From: an uncultured Ruminococcus sp.
GTDB taxonomy: Bacteria > Bacillota > Clostridia > Oscillospirales > CAG-272
Length of the DNA stretch: 64,000 nt
Direction of reading: 5' to 3'
Assembly (NCBI GenBank): GCA_902762505.1
Contig: CACWOQ010000012.1
Span: 2,481-66,480, forward strand
The notes below the pieces were generated by a model. The model worked only from the letters and a program-made list of their open reading frames with translations, was not told where the DNA came from and ran no database searches. Position numbers and translations under genes: made by a program. Position 1 is the stretch's first letter; the number at the start of each line of letters is the position of its first letter. Below are positions 1 to 9,836 of the stretch, piece after piece.

Positions 1-2
1 TG

Positions 3-236
3 TATCTCCATCCCGGCAAAAAAGCGCTTGATTTCGCCGAGAAGCACGGTGAGGACAACTTCGGCTGTCACAACACGGACGCCCATCTGCGTTCGTCGAT
101 AATCGGCAGGAACGTGACGGTAGTCATCGAAGACGGCGAAGCCGATCTCGGTGAATTCGGACGCGTGCATTTCATAGACTGGGATCAGACGCGCGGACGC
201 GAACGCACCGTGCAGATAATGATAATAGGAGAATAA
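3..236 (+). CDS. YjbQ/UPF0047 family protein, 3' part (truncated by window start)
   Basis: Manual translation ...[54 protein letters not shown] matches the YjbQ C-terminal pattern; TAA at 234-236. Confidence 0.8.
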   Translation, partial: YLHPGKKALDFAEKHGEDNFGCHNTDAHLRSSIIGRNVTVVIEDGEADLGEFGRVHFIDWDQTRGRERTVQIMIIGE

Positions 237-279
237 GGTCAGCCTTGGGGCGTAAGCCTCAAGGCTTTTCCGCCGTAAA

Positions 280-2772
280 ATGGAAACAAAGAAAACACCG
301 GACAAGATACTCGTACGCGGGGCGCGCGTCCATAATCTCAAAAACGTAAACGTCGATATACCGCTCGGAAAGATCGTGGGCGTAGCCGGCGTGTCCGGCT
401 CCGGAAAATCGTCGCTTGCGCTCGGCGTGCTTTACGCGGAGGGCTCGCGCCGGTATCTGGAATCGCTGTCCACGTATACGCGCCGCAGGATGACTCAGGC
501 GGGCAGAGCGGACGTTGACGAGGTCAGATACGTCCCGGCGTCGCTCGCGCTGCATCAGCGCCCCGGAGTGCCGGGCATACGCTCGACCTTCGGCACGGGC
601 ACGGAGCTTTTGAACAGTCTCAGACTTATGTTCTCGCGTCTGTCGAGTCACAGATGCCCGAACGGACATTACGCGGAGCCGACGCTCGCCGTCGCCGCGG
701 AGCAGGCTGTCGTCTGCCCCGTCTGCGGGGTAAGCTTTTACGCTCCGTCCGCTGAGGAGCTCGCCTTTAACAGCGAGGGCGCGTGCAGAAAATGCGGAGG
801 AACGGGCACGGTGAGGACCGTCGACCGCTCCACCCTCGTGCCGGACGAATCGCTTACGATAGACGAAGGCGCTGTCGCGCCGTGGAACAGTCTTATGTGG
901 TCGCTCATGACGGACGTGTGCCGCGCCATGGGCGTCCGTACCGACGTGCCGTTCCGCGAGCTTACGGATGAGGAAAAAGAGATCGTATACGACGGCCCGA
1001 TGGTAAAAAAACACATATTCTACCGTCCGAAAAGCAAGGAAAGCGTTACCGCCGGAGAAATGGATTTTACGTATTACAGCGCGACGGCGACGGTTATGAA
1101 CGCCCTTGCGAAGGTGAAGGACGAGGCGGGCATGAAGCGCGTCGAAAAATTCCTGAAGGAAGAGCCGTGCCCCGAATGCGGAGGCACGCGCTTATGCGAG
1201 CGCGCACGCGCGCCGCGCCTCTGCGGCAGGTCGCTGCCGGAGGTCTGCGCGTATCCGCTCGGTCAGCTTGTAAAATGGGTCGACTCCGTTCCCGAAGGCC
1301 TTCCGGAATATATGCGTCCGATGGCGAAGAGCATTTGCGAATCGTTTGACGACGCGTCGGCGAGGCTGATCGAGCTCGGACTTTCGTATCTGTCGCTTGA
1401 CCGTCCGTCTTCCACTCTTTCGACGGGCGAACGCCAGCGGATGCAGCTCGCGCGCGCCGTCAGAAACCGCACGACGGGCGTTCTGTACGTGCTTGACGAG
1501 CCGTCGATAGGTCTGCATCCTTCAAACATCGTCGGGCTTTGCCGCGTTATGGACGATCTCGTCGCGGACGGAAACTCCGTCGTCCTCGTCGACCACGATC
1601 TTCAGATCATGTCGCATGCGGATCACCTGATAGAGCTCGGTCCCGGCGCCGGAGCGGACGGCGGCAGAATCGTCGCTCAGGGGTCGCTTGAAGAGGTCAG
1701 AAACGATCCGGGATCGCTCATAGGCTCGTATCTGTCCGGAAAAAGAAGCGCGACGGTAAGATCCGCCGCGAAGGACGTTTTCGCAAACGGGACGATCACG
1801 GTGAAGACGAAAGCGATACACACGGTCAAGCCGCTCACGCTGTCGATACCGAAAGGGATGCTCACGGTCGTGACCGGTGTTTCCGGCTCCGGCAAAACGA
1901 CGGCGGTGCTCGAAAGCCTCGTCCCCGCGCTCAGATCGCTTACGCGCGGCGACAGGATGCCGGACCACGTGCAATACGCCGACGCGCCTGGCATAACCGC
2001 CGTAAAGATGATCGACGCGACGCCGATCGGCATAAACGTCCGCAGCACCGTTGCGACGTACGCGAACGTCCATGACGAACTGCGGAAAATATACGCAAAG
2101 ACAAAAGACGGAAAAGCCGCCGGCTGCAAAGCGGGCGACCTGTCGTACAACACGGGAGCCCTGCGCTGTCCGGTCTGTGACGGGACCGGCAGCATCAGCC
2201 TTGACGTTCAGTTTTTGCCGGACGTCGAGATCCCCTGTACGGAATGCCGCGGCTCGCGTTATTCAAAAGCCGCGTACGGCATAAAGTATAAGAACGCGGA
2301 CGGCGTTGAAAAGTCTCTTCCGGAGCTTATGAGCATGGACGTAAAATCAGCTCTTTCGTTCTGCAGGGATATAAAGAGCGTCGAGCCGCGTCTGCGGACG
2401 CTGTGCGGGCTCGGTCTCGGATATCTGACTCTCGGCGAGCAGACGCCGAGCCTTTCCGGCGGCGAGGCTCAGAGACTCAAGCTCGCGTTTGAAATGGGCA
2501 GAGGGCAGGACGACGCCGTATTCGTATTCGACGAGCCGACGATAGGACTCCACCCGTCCGACGTTTCAACGCTTCTGTCCGTACTTTTCAGCCTGCGCGA
2601 TAACGGGGCGACCGTAGTCGTGATAGAGCACGACACGGACGTCATACGCTCGGCGGACCACGTCATAGACATGGGTCCGGGCGGAGGAGACGAGGGCGGA
2701 CGGATAGTATTCGAGGGCACGCCGGATGAAATGAGGCGCTGTCCGGAAAGCGTCACCGGCAGATTTATATGA
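280..2772 (+). CDS. uvrA: UvrA-like ABC ATPase (short, class II/UvrA2 type)
   Basis: GARVHNLKN start, two Walker A motifs ([16 protein letters not shown]), LSTGE/LSGGE signatures, CxxC zinc fingers; 830 aa. Confidence 0.9.
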   Translation: METKKTPDKILVRGARVHNLKNVNVDIPLGKIVGVAGVSGSGKSSLALGVLYAEGSRRYLESLSTYTRRRMTQAGRADVDEVRYVPASLALHQRPGVPGIRSTFGTGTELLNSLRLMFSRLSSHRCPNGHYAEPTLAVAAEQAVVCPVCGVSFYAPSAEELAFNSEGACRKCGGTGTVRTVDRSTLVPDESLTIDEGAVAPWNSLMWSLMTDVCRAMGVRTDVPFRELTDEEKEIVYDGPMVKKHIFYRPKSKESVTAGEMDFTYYSATATVMNALAKVKDEAGMKRVEKFLKEEPCPECGGTRLCERARAPRLCGRSLPEVCAYPLGQLVKWVDSVPEGLPEYMRPMAKSICESFDDASARLIELGLSYLSLDRPSSTLSTGERQRMQLARAVRNRTTGVLYVLDEPSIGLHPSNIVGLCRVMDDLVADGNSVVLVDHDLQIMSHADHLIELGPGAGADGGRIVAQGSLEEVRNDPGSLIGSYLSGKRSATVRSAAKDVFANGTITVKTKAIHTVKPLTLSIPKGMLTVVTGVSGSGKTTAVLESLVPALRSLTRGDRMPDHVQYADAPGITAVKMIDATPIGINVRSTVATYANVHDELRKIYAKTKDGKAAGCKAGDLSYNTGALRCPVCDGTGSISLDVQFLPDVEIPCTECRGSRYSKAAYGIKYKNADGVEKSLPELMSMDVKSALSFCRDIKSVEPRLRTLCGLGLGYLTLGEQTPSLSGGEAQRLKLAFEMGRGQDDAVFVFDEPTIGLHPSDVSTLLSVLFSLRDNGATVVVIEHDTDVIRSADHVIDMGPGGGDEGGRIVFEGTPDEMRRCPESVTGRFI

Positions 2773-3593
2773 GGAATGAAATGAAAACAAACGAAACAGG
2801 ACGCGCGGATCTTCACGTACATACGAATCTTTCACTCTGCGCGCCCGGGACCACGTTCGTCTCGTCATATCTGCCGTACTGCGGCGACGAGGGCGTAGAT
2901 ATACTCGGCATATCGAACCATCTTTACGCTCATATGACGGACGTCCGCGGCGCGGATTATATGGAGTATATACTCCGCGGCAGAAAAGAGATCGAGGCGA
3001 TCGAAGACCCCGGAGTCAGGATAATATTCGGCTGTGAATCCGAGCTTTTTTACGGACAGGAGCCGGGGCTCAGCCACCGGGATGAGCATAACTTCGATTA
3101 CGTGTTACTGGCGCCGAGCCATATTTTCAATCAGATGGGCTTTTACCGCGATTACGATCTGTCGGACGCCGGCAAGGTGCGCGATCTGATCCTGAAGCAG
3201 TTCGAGCGGGCGTGCATGGCCGAATATGAGATCCCGTCCGGCATCTGCCATCCGCTTTATCCGATATGCTGTCCGTGGGAGCAGGAGGTCGTGGACGGAA
3301 TGACCGATTCACAGCTTACGGAATGCTTTGAGCTTGCGCGGGAGAAAGGAAAAAGCATTGAGATACACGCGTGTCTGTACAGACACGGAACACAGCTTGA
3401 CGGGGAGGGACTTTCGCCGTCTTATCTGAGAATACTGTCGTTTGCGAAAAAATGCGGGTGCAAATTCCACTTCGGCTCCGACGCGCACGCGCCGGACGCC
3501 TTCATCGGATCGCACGCCCGTTTAAGACGCGCGGCGGAAAGAATAGGTATCAACGGGGACGATATGTGGCGCCCGTGGGAGGAGATAAAATGA
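2769..3593 (+). CDS. PHP domain metallophosphatase (HisJ-like)
   Basis: DLHVHT, ISNH, GICHP and GSDAH PHP motifs; start may be ATG 2781. Confidence 0.8.
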   Translation: MRNEMKTNETGRADLHVHTNLSLCAPGTTFVSSYLPYCGDEGVDILGISNHLYAHMTDVRGADYMEYILRGRKEIEAIEDPGVRIIFGCESELFYGQEPGLSHRDEHNFDYVLLAPSHIFNQMGFYRDYDLSDAGKVRDLILKQFERACMAEYEIPSGICHPLYPICCPWEQEVVDGMTDSQLTECFELAREKGKSIEIHACLYRHGTQLDGEGLSPSYLRILSFAKKCGCKFHFGSDAHAPDAFIGSHARLRRAAERIGINGDDMWRPWEEIK

Positions 3594-4465
3594 CACCTTT
3601 TGAACAACTTTGCAAGACCCTTGAAGAAAAAGCGCCCGGCGCGTATATGGCGGCGGAAATGACGGTCGACGGTTACGCAGAACGGAAATTCCGTTTGGGC
3701 GACGGCGCTCATAATCTGTACTCGATAAGCAAATCGGTGACTTCGTGCGCCGTCGGCATGCTCGAGGAGGAGGGAAGGCTGAAGGACACGGATACGGTGT
3801 ATTCGCATATCCCGGAGCTTTTCCCGGAGGATCACGACCCGAAGTGGAGCGTCGTCACGCTTGCCGACGTCATGCACCATAAAACGGGGTATAAAGAAGA
3901 GGCGAACATCGATATCGACGTGATGGACTTCCGGGCTGACGGGCATGAGGATTTTCTGAAACATATACTCAGCCTGCCGCTCGTGTACGAGCCGGGAAAA
4001 GGACCGTTCGTATACTGCGATACGAACTACTATCTCATCGGCCGCGTTGTCGAAAAGATCACGGGCGTGACGCTCGGCGCGTTTTTGCAGACGCGCATGT
4101 TCAATCCGCTGAAATGGCGCGGAAACGCGTGGGGCGTATGCCCGCAGAACCATACGCTCGGCGGGACCGGGCTTTTCGCCACCGCGCGCGATCTCTGCGC
4201 CTACGGCCTGATGCTCGCCTGCGGCGGAGAATTCGAGGGAAAAAGGATCCTTACGCCGTCGTGGATCGAAAAAGCCAAGGGCGAGCCGGGAGAATACGGA
4301 TACGGCTTCACCAATTCTCATTCGGAGAAGTTTTTCATAACCGGCGGCGCGTACGGGCAGTGCCTGTACATAATACCGGAAAAGAAAATGTCGTTCTGCG
4401 TCCTGGGACACGATATGCCGCTTGACGCGATACACAAGGAGGTCCTGCCGCTTTATTTGCCGTAA
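3590..4465 (+). CDS. Serine hydrolase, beta-lactamase family
   Basis: SISK (SxxK), YCDTNY, GAYGQ; ATG 3590 overlaps upstream TGA (ATGA), GGAGG RBS. Confidence 0.85.
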   Translation: MTPFEQLCKTLEEKAPGAYMAAEMTVDGYAERKFRLGDGAHNLYSISKSVTSCAVGMLEEEGRLKDTDTVYSHIPELFPEDHDPKWSVVTLADVMHHKTGYKEEANIDIDVMDFRADGHEDFLKHILSLPLVYEPGKGPFVYCDTNYYLIGRVVEKITGVTLGAFLQTRMFNPLKWRGNAWGVCPQNHTLGGTGLFATARDLCAYGLMLACGGEFEGKRILTPSWIEKAKGEPGEYGYGFTNSHSEKFFITGGAYGQCLYIIPEKKMSFCVLGHDMPLDAIHKEVLPLYLP

Positions 4466-4482
4466 AACGGCGCGGCGGACAG

Positions 4483-4541
4483 ATATAAAAAGATACCGTT
4501 ACGGGGGCGTAATCGCCCGGAACGGTATCTTTCCTTTATAT
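4483..4541. terminator. Bidirectional intrinsic terminator
   Basis: AAAGATACCGTT...AACGGTATCTTT stem with inner GGGCG/CGCCC, between convergent genes. Confidence 0.75.
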
Positions 4542-4551
4542 CCGCGGCAGG

Positions 4552-4962
4552 TTATTTGAGACGCGGAAGTATGCGTTCGAACCATTCGTCGGCTTGCTTT
4601 TTCTCCTCGTCCGACGCGCCGGAGAACGGCAGAAACGAGCTTTGAACGAACAGAACGTCGTCTATCACGTTCGCGCCGCTTTCCCTGAGCTTTGCGATGA
4701 ATTCCGCGGCTTCCTTTTCGGGTCTGTCGGTGTACAGCGCCACGTTTTTGACTGTGCCCGGCTTCAGATTCGAGCAGAAACGGCGCACGTCGTCCGGCAG
4801 CTTCAGAAGCGAAGACATACCGAGCACAAGAAGCTTTTCCCTGTCAAGCGAGTAGTCCGGCGGTATCTTGTCCGGCTTGTATTCATCCGAGTTCTTTGAA
4901 AGATACTCCGCAAGATCCACCATCTTTTTCTTTTTCGAAAAATAAATCACTCTCATTTTCAT
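4552..4962 (-). CDS. Flavodoxin-like fold protein (degenerate)
   Basis: N-terminal VIYFS strand, alpha/beta pattern and C-terminal 'ADEWFERI' helix resemble short flavodoxins; AGGAG RBS. Confidence 0.55.
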   Translation of the reverse strand: MKMRVIYFSKKKKMVDLAEYLSKNSDEYKPDKIPPDYSLDREKLLVLGMSSLLKLPDDVRRFCSNLKPGTVKNVALYTDRPEKEAAEFIAKLRESGANVIDDVLFVQSSFLPFSGASDEEKKQADEWFERILPRLK

Positions 4963-4986
4963 GGCAGCGCATCTCCTTTTTTTCTT

Positions 4987-5015
4987 ATTATATCACCTTT
5001 GATCCGGCAAGTCAA
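4987..5015 (-). promoter_or_regulatory. sigmaA promoter of the flavodoxin-like gene
   Basis: TTGACT-17nt-TATAAT with TG extension on minus strand. Confidence 0.7.
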
Positions 5016-5151
5016 TAGCCTTTTGAAATAAAAAATGTCTTTGATAGGAAACATTCAGTTCTTATTACTGTAAAAAATAAATGTTGAAATAGGCGTTCAG
5101 CGGTGATAAAATTGAATAAAAAGTAATACAGTCAAGAAAGGTACGTAAACA

Positions 5152-7044
5152 ATGAAAAAAATCATCGTGTTTCTGATGGCGGCAGTCATGATATTGGCTT
5201 CCTTTACCGTGTCGCCCGTTGCCGTATCGGACGACGACCTTCCGACTCTGGTATACGAACCCGTGACGTGTACGGTGAAAACGGGTGAAAGAGCCGTTCT
5301 GAGCGTTACGGCGTCCGGAGACGATCTCGTATTCAGCTGGCTCATGCAGACGAGCGAGGGCGGAGAAGACCGCACCTTTGACTTTACAAAGGACGCGGGC
5401 GTTAAGGGCTTTGAGGCGCTTGACGGCACCGGCAAGATGAAGGTATCGTTCAAGACCGAGACTCTTGAAAACGGCAGAGTAAAGCATCAGCTGATAATCG
5501 ATAACATACGCGATTTCAACTACGGCGCCGTCGCGACCTGCACAGTGGCGAACAAAGCGGGTGCAATAAACTGCGACCCGGCGACAATATATACGTCCGA
5601 CAACGCGCCGAAGCAGCTGACGGTCGAGCTTATAGCCGAATTTTCGGTAAGACGCTTCAAGCTCGTAAAGCTCGCAGCCAACGCGTATATCCCCGAAGGC
5701 GCGGGATATACGGATGACGATATAGAATACAACTGGTATAAAACTCCGGACGGAAAGAAGGAGCACGGCGTTGCGCTCGACGAGCACGATCCGATCCTCA
5801 TGGCTGACGCGTACGCTACGTCGCCGGGACCCCATTCCTTCTACTGCCAGATATACGTCAAACACGGTATAACCGATTTCTTTTATGAGACCGGCGTAAC
5901 GCATATGAGAGTCTACGAACCTATATTCGATATGACGTTCGATAAGAAAGAGGTCAGAGTATTCGAGGACGAGGACGTTACGATAAACATGAACGTCACG
6001 ATCGACCCGGAAAAGGACAAGGGCGAGCTCTCGTATCAGTGGTATAAGGGCGGACACCCCGCGGATATCAATATAAAAATCCCCGGCGAGAACGGAAAGA
6101 GCATCACGCTCAAGGGCGGCAACAAGGCTGCGATCGAGTATTATACCTGCGTCGTTACGAACAAGACGAGCGACGACTTTGAATTCGACAACTCAGCCGA
6201 CGACAAGCCTTACGTCAAGGTCATATTCACCGGCGACAAGCCCGTAAAAATAGTGAAGGAGCCTTATGACGCCACAGCGAAGGCGGGAAATGAAGTGAAA
6301 TTCTCGGTACAGGCTGAGAACGCCGCAAGCTATCTCTGGTATCTTGTCCCCGCGGACGGCGGTACGCCGGTCCCGCTCAACGGCGCGTCGGATATTACGG
6401 CGGAGGGAGCGGAAACGGATACTCTCACGGTGAAAGCCGCGCCCGGGCTTGACGGCTGCGCGTTTTACTGCCTGATCAAATCCCCGGAGGGCTGGGAATT
6501 CAATACAAGAAACGCTCTGCTCACCGTTGAGGCGGATCAGAACGCCGATTTCCCGAAGGTCACGGATCTGAAGGATTCTTATACAGCCCACGTCGGAGAA
6601 GAGATTACGATCACCGTCAACGCCTCCGTCAACGACGGCGGTACGCTCCACTATCAGTGGATCGTGTGCGACGAAAAGGGCAATATCATCTCAAGCATCG
6701 AGAACAACGACAAAAACACCTTCACCCCGGACAATACAAAAGCCGGCGTGACATACTATATGTGCTCCGTAAGGAACGAAGTCGAAGGAAAGCACGACAG
6801 TACGAGCCTGACGTATCCGGTCAGGGTCGAATTCGTCGAGGCTGTCATCCCGGAGGGGACCGAGACAGAGCATAACACGGAGAATAATACGGATACACAG
6901 ACGGATAACGTACCCGGCGGCTCCGAAGGACGCGGCAAAGCCGTGATCATCCTCGGCGCAATCGTCGCGGTGCTCGCGCTCGCGCTTGCCGGCACGGGAA
7001 TATTCGTCCTTATCAAAAACGGAAAAAAGAATAAAAAACAGTAA
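5152..7044 (+). CDS. Secreted, C-terminally membrane-anchored protein with tandem Ig-like domains
   Basis: Signal peptide; repeated 'V.A....L.YQW...YxCxV' Ig units; E/T-rich linker, TM helix, basic tail. Confidence 0.75.
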   Translation: MKKIIVFLMAAVMILASFTVSPVAVSDDDLPTLVYEPVTCTVKTGERAVLSVTASGDDLVFSWLMQTSEGGEDRTFDFTKDAGVKGFEALDGTGKMKVSFKTETLENGRVKHQLIIDNIRDFNYGAVATCTVANKAGAINCDPATIYTSDNAPKQLTVELIAEFSVRRFKLVKLAANAYIPEGAGYTDDDIEYNWYKTPDGKKEHGVALDEHDPILMADAYATSPGPHSFYCQIYVKHGITDFFYETGVTHMRVYEPIFDMTFDKKEVRVFEDEDVTINMNVTIDPEKDKGELSYQWYKGGHPADINIKIPGENGKSITLKGGNKAAIEYYTCVVTNKTSDDFEFDNSADDKPYVKVIFTGDKPVKIVKEPYDATAKAGNEVKFSVQAENAASYLWYLVPADGGTPVPLNGASDITAEGAETDTLTVKAAPGLDGCAFYCLIKSPEGWEFNTRNALLTVEADQNADFPKVTDLKDSYTAHVGEEITITVNASVNDGGTLHYQWIVCDEKGNIISSIENNDKNTFTPDNTKAGVTYYMCSVRNEVEGKHDSTSLTYPVRVEFVEAVIPEGTETEHNTENNTDTQTDNVPGGSEGRGKAVIILGAIVAVLALALAGTGIFVLIKNGKKNKKQ

Positions 7045-7055
7045 CGTGTAAATGA

Positions 7056-7296
7056 AAGCTCCCCGAAGCACGCGCTTGCGGTGTACTTCGTAAGGAAGTA
7101 CACCGCAGCTAAATTCGCTTCGCGAGCTAAATTGACCTTCGGTCAGCTAAATTCGCTTCGCAAGCTGAATTCGGCTGCGCCGAGCTTACAGGCGAATTTA
7201 ATTTAGCTGCCGCAAAGCGGCAATTCAGCTGATTTATACATCATTCCTGCGTCGGTTTGTTTCTTCCTTACGCAGCCTCTCCTTTCGGGGAGTTTT
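7056..7296. repeat. Multi-hairpin repeat element / candidate structured RNA between convergent genes
   Basis: 13-bp hairpin 7077-7107; AGCT(A/G)AATT at 7107, 7125, 7145, 7163, each followed by a mini-hairpin; inverted copies at 7200 and 7222; flanks AAAGCTCCCCGAA / TTCGGGGAGTTTT. Confidence 0.8.
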
Positions 7297-8886
7297 TTAT
7301 TCAACGCCGATCATGAACGCGTTCGGCGGTATCTTGCCTGAGCTTTGAAGCTGCGCGCTGTTCCGCGTCACGTTGTTTTCAAACGCGTACGCAAGCATCG
7401 CGGTCTTGCTGCCCGCCGGTACGTGTACGAGTACCGTATCGGCTGAGATTATTTCGGCTTCGGCTGTATTCTGCTTGCCCGCCGTGCCGACGGAGAACCC
7501 GGCGACGGTCTCTTTGTACGAGGTCGATCTCAGCCCTTCGCCGACGTTTTTGAACTTTACTGTTACCGTTTCACCGTCCTCGGACAGAACGGCTGACACG
7601 GGCTCGGGCGGGAGGCTGTCGTTTTCGGTGCCGATGTTGAACTGACGGAATAAAACGGCTGATACGATGCGTCTCGCAAGCTCGTCTTTTTTGAACGAGT
7701 GCATATGATCGTAATAGTATTCATCCGGTCCGAGGTCGAACGAAGGGATGAGCGTGCAGTCCGCGATCTGCTTCGCGGCGTTGTACTGTGATACGCGTAT
7801 GTTTCTGACAAATCCGAACTGAGCCTCCGATTTTTTCGTATATGAGCAGAGCTGAACGTTGTATACGGGAAAATCGTATCCGAAAAGCTGTCTCATCCCG
7901 GTAAAATATCCGTTCACGTGATCGGGGTATTTCTTCGCGCTGCCGCTGTTCTGGGCTTCGCTTTCGCCCTGGAAAAAGATCATGCCGCTGACTGAAAGAC
8001 CGACGAACGGATGCATCAGAGTATTGTAATAGCCGCCTTGAAGCGCAACGGCTCCGCCCTTGAAGCCCAGCTCCGACGCGAGCTCCTCCGGCATAAGCTC
8101 CTGTATCACGGCGCCTGCCGCGCCGGTGCAGATCACGCCGACGGGAACGCCTGTCCCGGCGGCGAGCCTGCGGGCGAAGAAGAACGCGAGCGCGCTCGTC
8201 CCCATGCAGTTCGCCTCGTCGGGAAGCTTTCAGCCCCAGCTGTCCGACAACAGATCGGATTGCGGAGTTTTTTGCTTTTCACGCTCGGCAAGCGCGGCGA
8301 CGCCGGACTGCATCACGAAGCGGATCGGCTCGTTTTCGTCAAACTCCGTCTTGTTTATCGCGCCGTATATCTGCGACAGCGTCACCTCGGCGTTTGACTG
8401 ACCGGAAAGCAGCCAAACGTCGCCGAAAAGCACGTCGTCAAACGCCGCCCTGTTGCCGAATTCATCCTCTATGAGCACGGATACAGGCTCTGCCGACGCC
8501 TGCCGCGGGGGAAACGTCAGCTTCCACCGTCCGTCCGAAACGGACGTGAGATAAGATTCCGTACCGACGGTGCCGCGTATCACGGAGCCGTCTCTGTTCG
8601 AGGTCCCCCAGACAGAGTATTCACGGTCACGCTGAAGTACCATGTGCGAGCCGAATACGGCAGGCACGTGAAGCTCGGCATAAGGATCCTCGGAGGGCTC
8701 GAACACGAGCTCCGTTTCCGTGTCGGTCTGAGGCTCCGTTTCCGTCACGGGCGCGGTCTCCGTCTCCGTCTCGCGCGGCACGCATTCCGTCACGGTTTCC
8801 GTTCCGACGACGGAAGGCTCGGCTGAGCACGACGCCGCCTGGATGAGTATGATCAAAAGAAGCAGTACGGATAGTATTTTTTTCAT
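7297..8886 (-). pseudogene. Sialate O-acetylesterase (SASA/DUF303) family lipoprotein interrupted by an in-frame TGA at 8230-8232
   Basis: 5' ORF has LHVPAVFGSHMVLQR and DVWLLSGQSNAE; 3' ORF has GVPVGVI, FFQGESE, DHMH; both in the same frame (..SWG*KLPDEANCMGTSA..). Confidence 0.85.
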
Positions 8887-8904
8887 TTTATATTCCTTAT
8901 TTTT

Positions 8905-9777
8905 TTAAACTCCGGTCAGATCGAAATTCGGCGTATATTGCGACGAGGCTGACGACGGCTCCTGAAAAAAGCCCTTGAAGCCGAGCCTGAGCGCGGCGTC
9001 GGATACTCTTCTGTATTCAAGCTTCGTCAGCCGTCTGTTTATCTCCCTGTGTTCTGATGCGCCGTACATCGGCGTGTACTGCGCCATAAGAGACAGAAGA
9101 TATTTTTCGGTACCGAACAGAGAGGAAAGACGCTCGAGCACGGATATGCTTTCTTCCTTGTGCGACGGCAGAACGAGATGCCTTACGATAACGCCGGACG
9201 TCATCATCCCGTCGTCTCCGTATTCACAGCCGCCGCGCTGGCGCAGCATTTCCCGCAGAGCCGCCTCCGCTGCCTCCGGATAATCGGGAGCGGAGGAATA
9301 CGCGGCTGACAGTCCGGGGCTTACGTATTTGAAATCCGGCAGATAAATATCGACGTATCCGTCAAGCAGCTGCAGCGTCGAGACGCGCTCGTATCCGGAC
9401 GTGTTGTATACGACCGGAACCGCCGGGCGGTAAATATTGAGCGCTTTGATGATATCCGTGACGTACGGGGTGGGGGATACGAGGTTGATATTATGTACGC
9501 CCTGCGCTTCGAGCCGTTTGAATATCTCGGACAGCTCGTACGGCGTCACCGGCTTGCCGGCGCCTCCGCGCGAGATCGGAGTATTCTGACAGAAAACGCA
9601 GCGCAGCGGGCACGCCGGAAAGAATACGGCGCCGGAGCCGTTTTTTCCCGAGATCGGCGGCTCCTCGCAGTAATGCGGCGCGGCTCGGCATACTCTGAGC
9701 GTGTCGGCGCCGCATACGCCGCGTTGATCCGGGCGTTTTGCACCGCATTTTCTCGGGCAAAGTGTGCAATTTAACAT
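8905..9777 (-). CDS. Radical SAM protein, PflX-like
   Basis: CTLCPRKC, EEPPISG, CPLRCVFCQN, DIYLPDFKY, GVIVRHLVLP. Confidence 0.88.
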   Translation of the reverse strand: MLNCTLCPRKCGAKRPDQRGVCGADTLRVCRAAPHYCEEPPISGKNGSGAVFFPACPLRCVFCQNTPISRGGAGKPVTPYELSEIFKRLEAQGVHNINLVSPTPYVTDIIKALNIYRPAVPVVYNTSGYERVSTLQLLDGYVDIYLPDFKYVSPGLSAAYSSAPDYPEAAEAALREMLRQRGGCEYGDDGMMTSGVIVRHLVLPSHKEESISVLERLSSLFGTEKYLLSLMAQYTPMYGASEHREINRRLTKLEYRRVSDAALRLGFKGFFQEPSSASSQYTPNFDLTGV

Positions 9778-9785
9778 AAAAATCC

Positions 9786-9814
9786 TTTACAAATCCGTTT
9801 TTATGGTATATAAT
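9786..9814 (+). promoter_or_regulatory. sigmaA promoter
   Basis: TTTACA-17nt-TATAAT upstream of GGAGG RBS and ATG 9837. Confidence 0.6.
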
Positions 9815-9836
9815 AAAGAAAACGGAGGTCGTTGTT

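Noticed and set aside
7107-7230. CRISPR array
   Set aside because: Repeats are 9 nt with 9-11 nt self-complementary spacers, far too short, and no cas genes are in the window
8230-8232. TGA recoding (genetic code 4/25 or selenocysteine)
   Set aside because: uvrA, rpsG, fusA and others end in TGA at normal lengths; the position looks like Trp rather than Cys; no convincing SECIS hairpin follows
8700-8810. GAGACG/GAAACG short repeats
   Set aside because: They simply encode a Glu/Thr/Pro-rich linker after the lipoprotein signal
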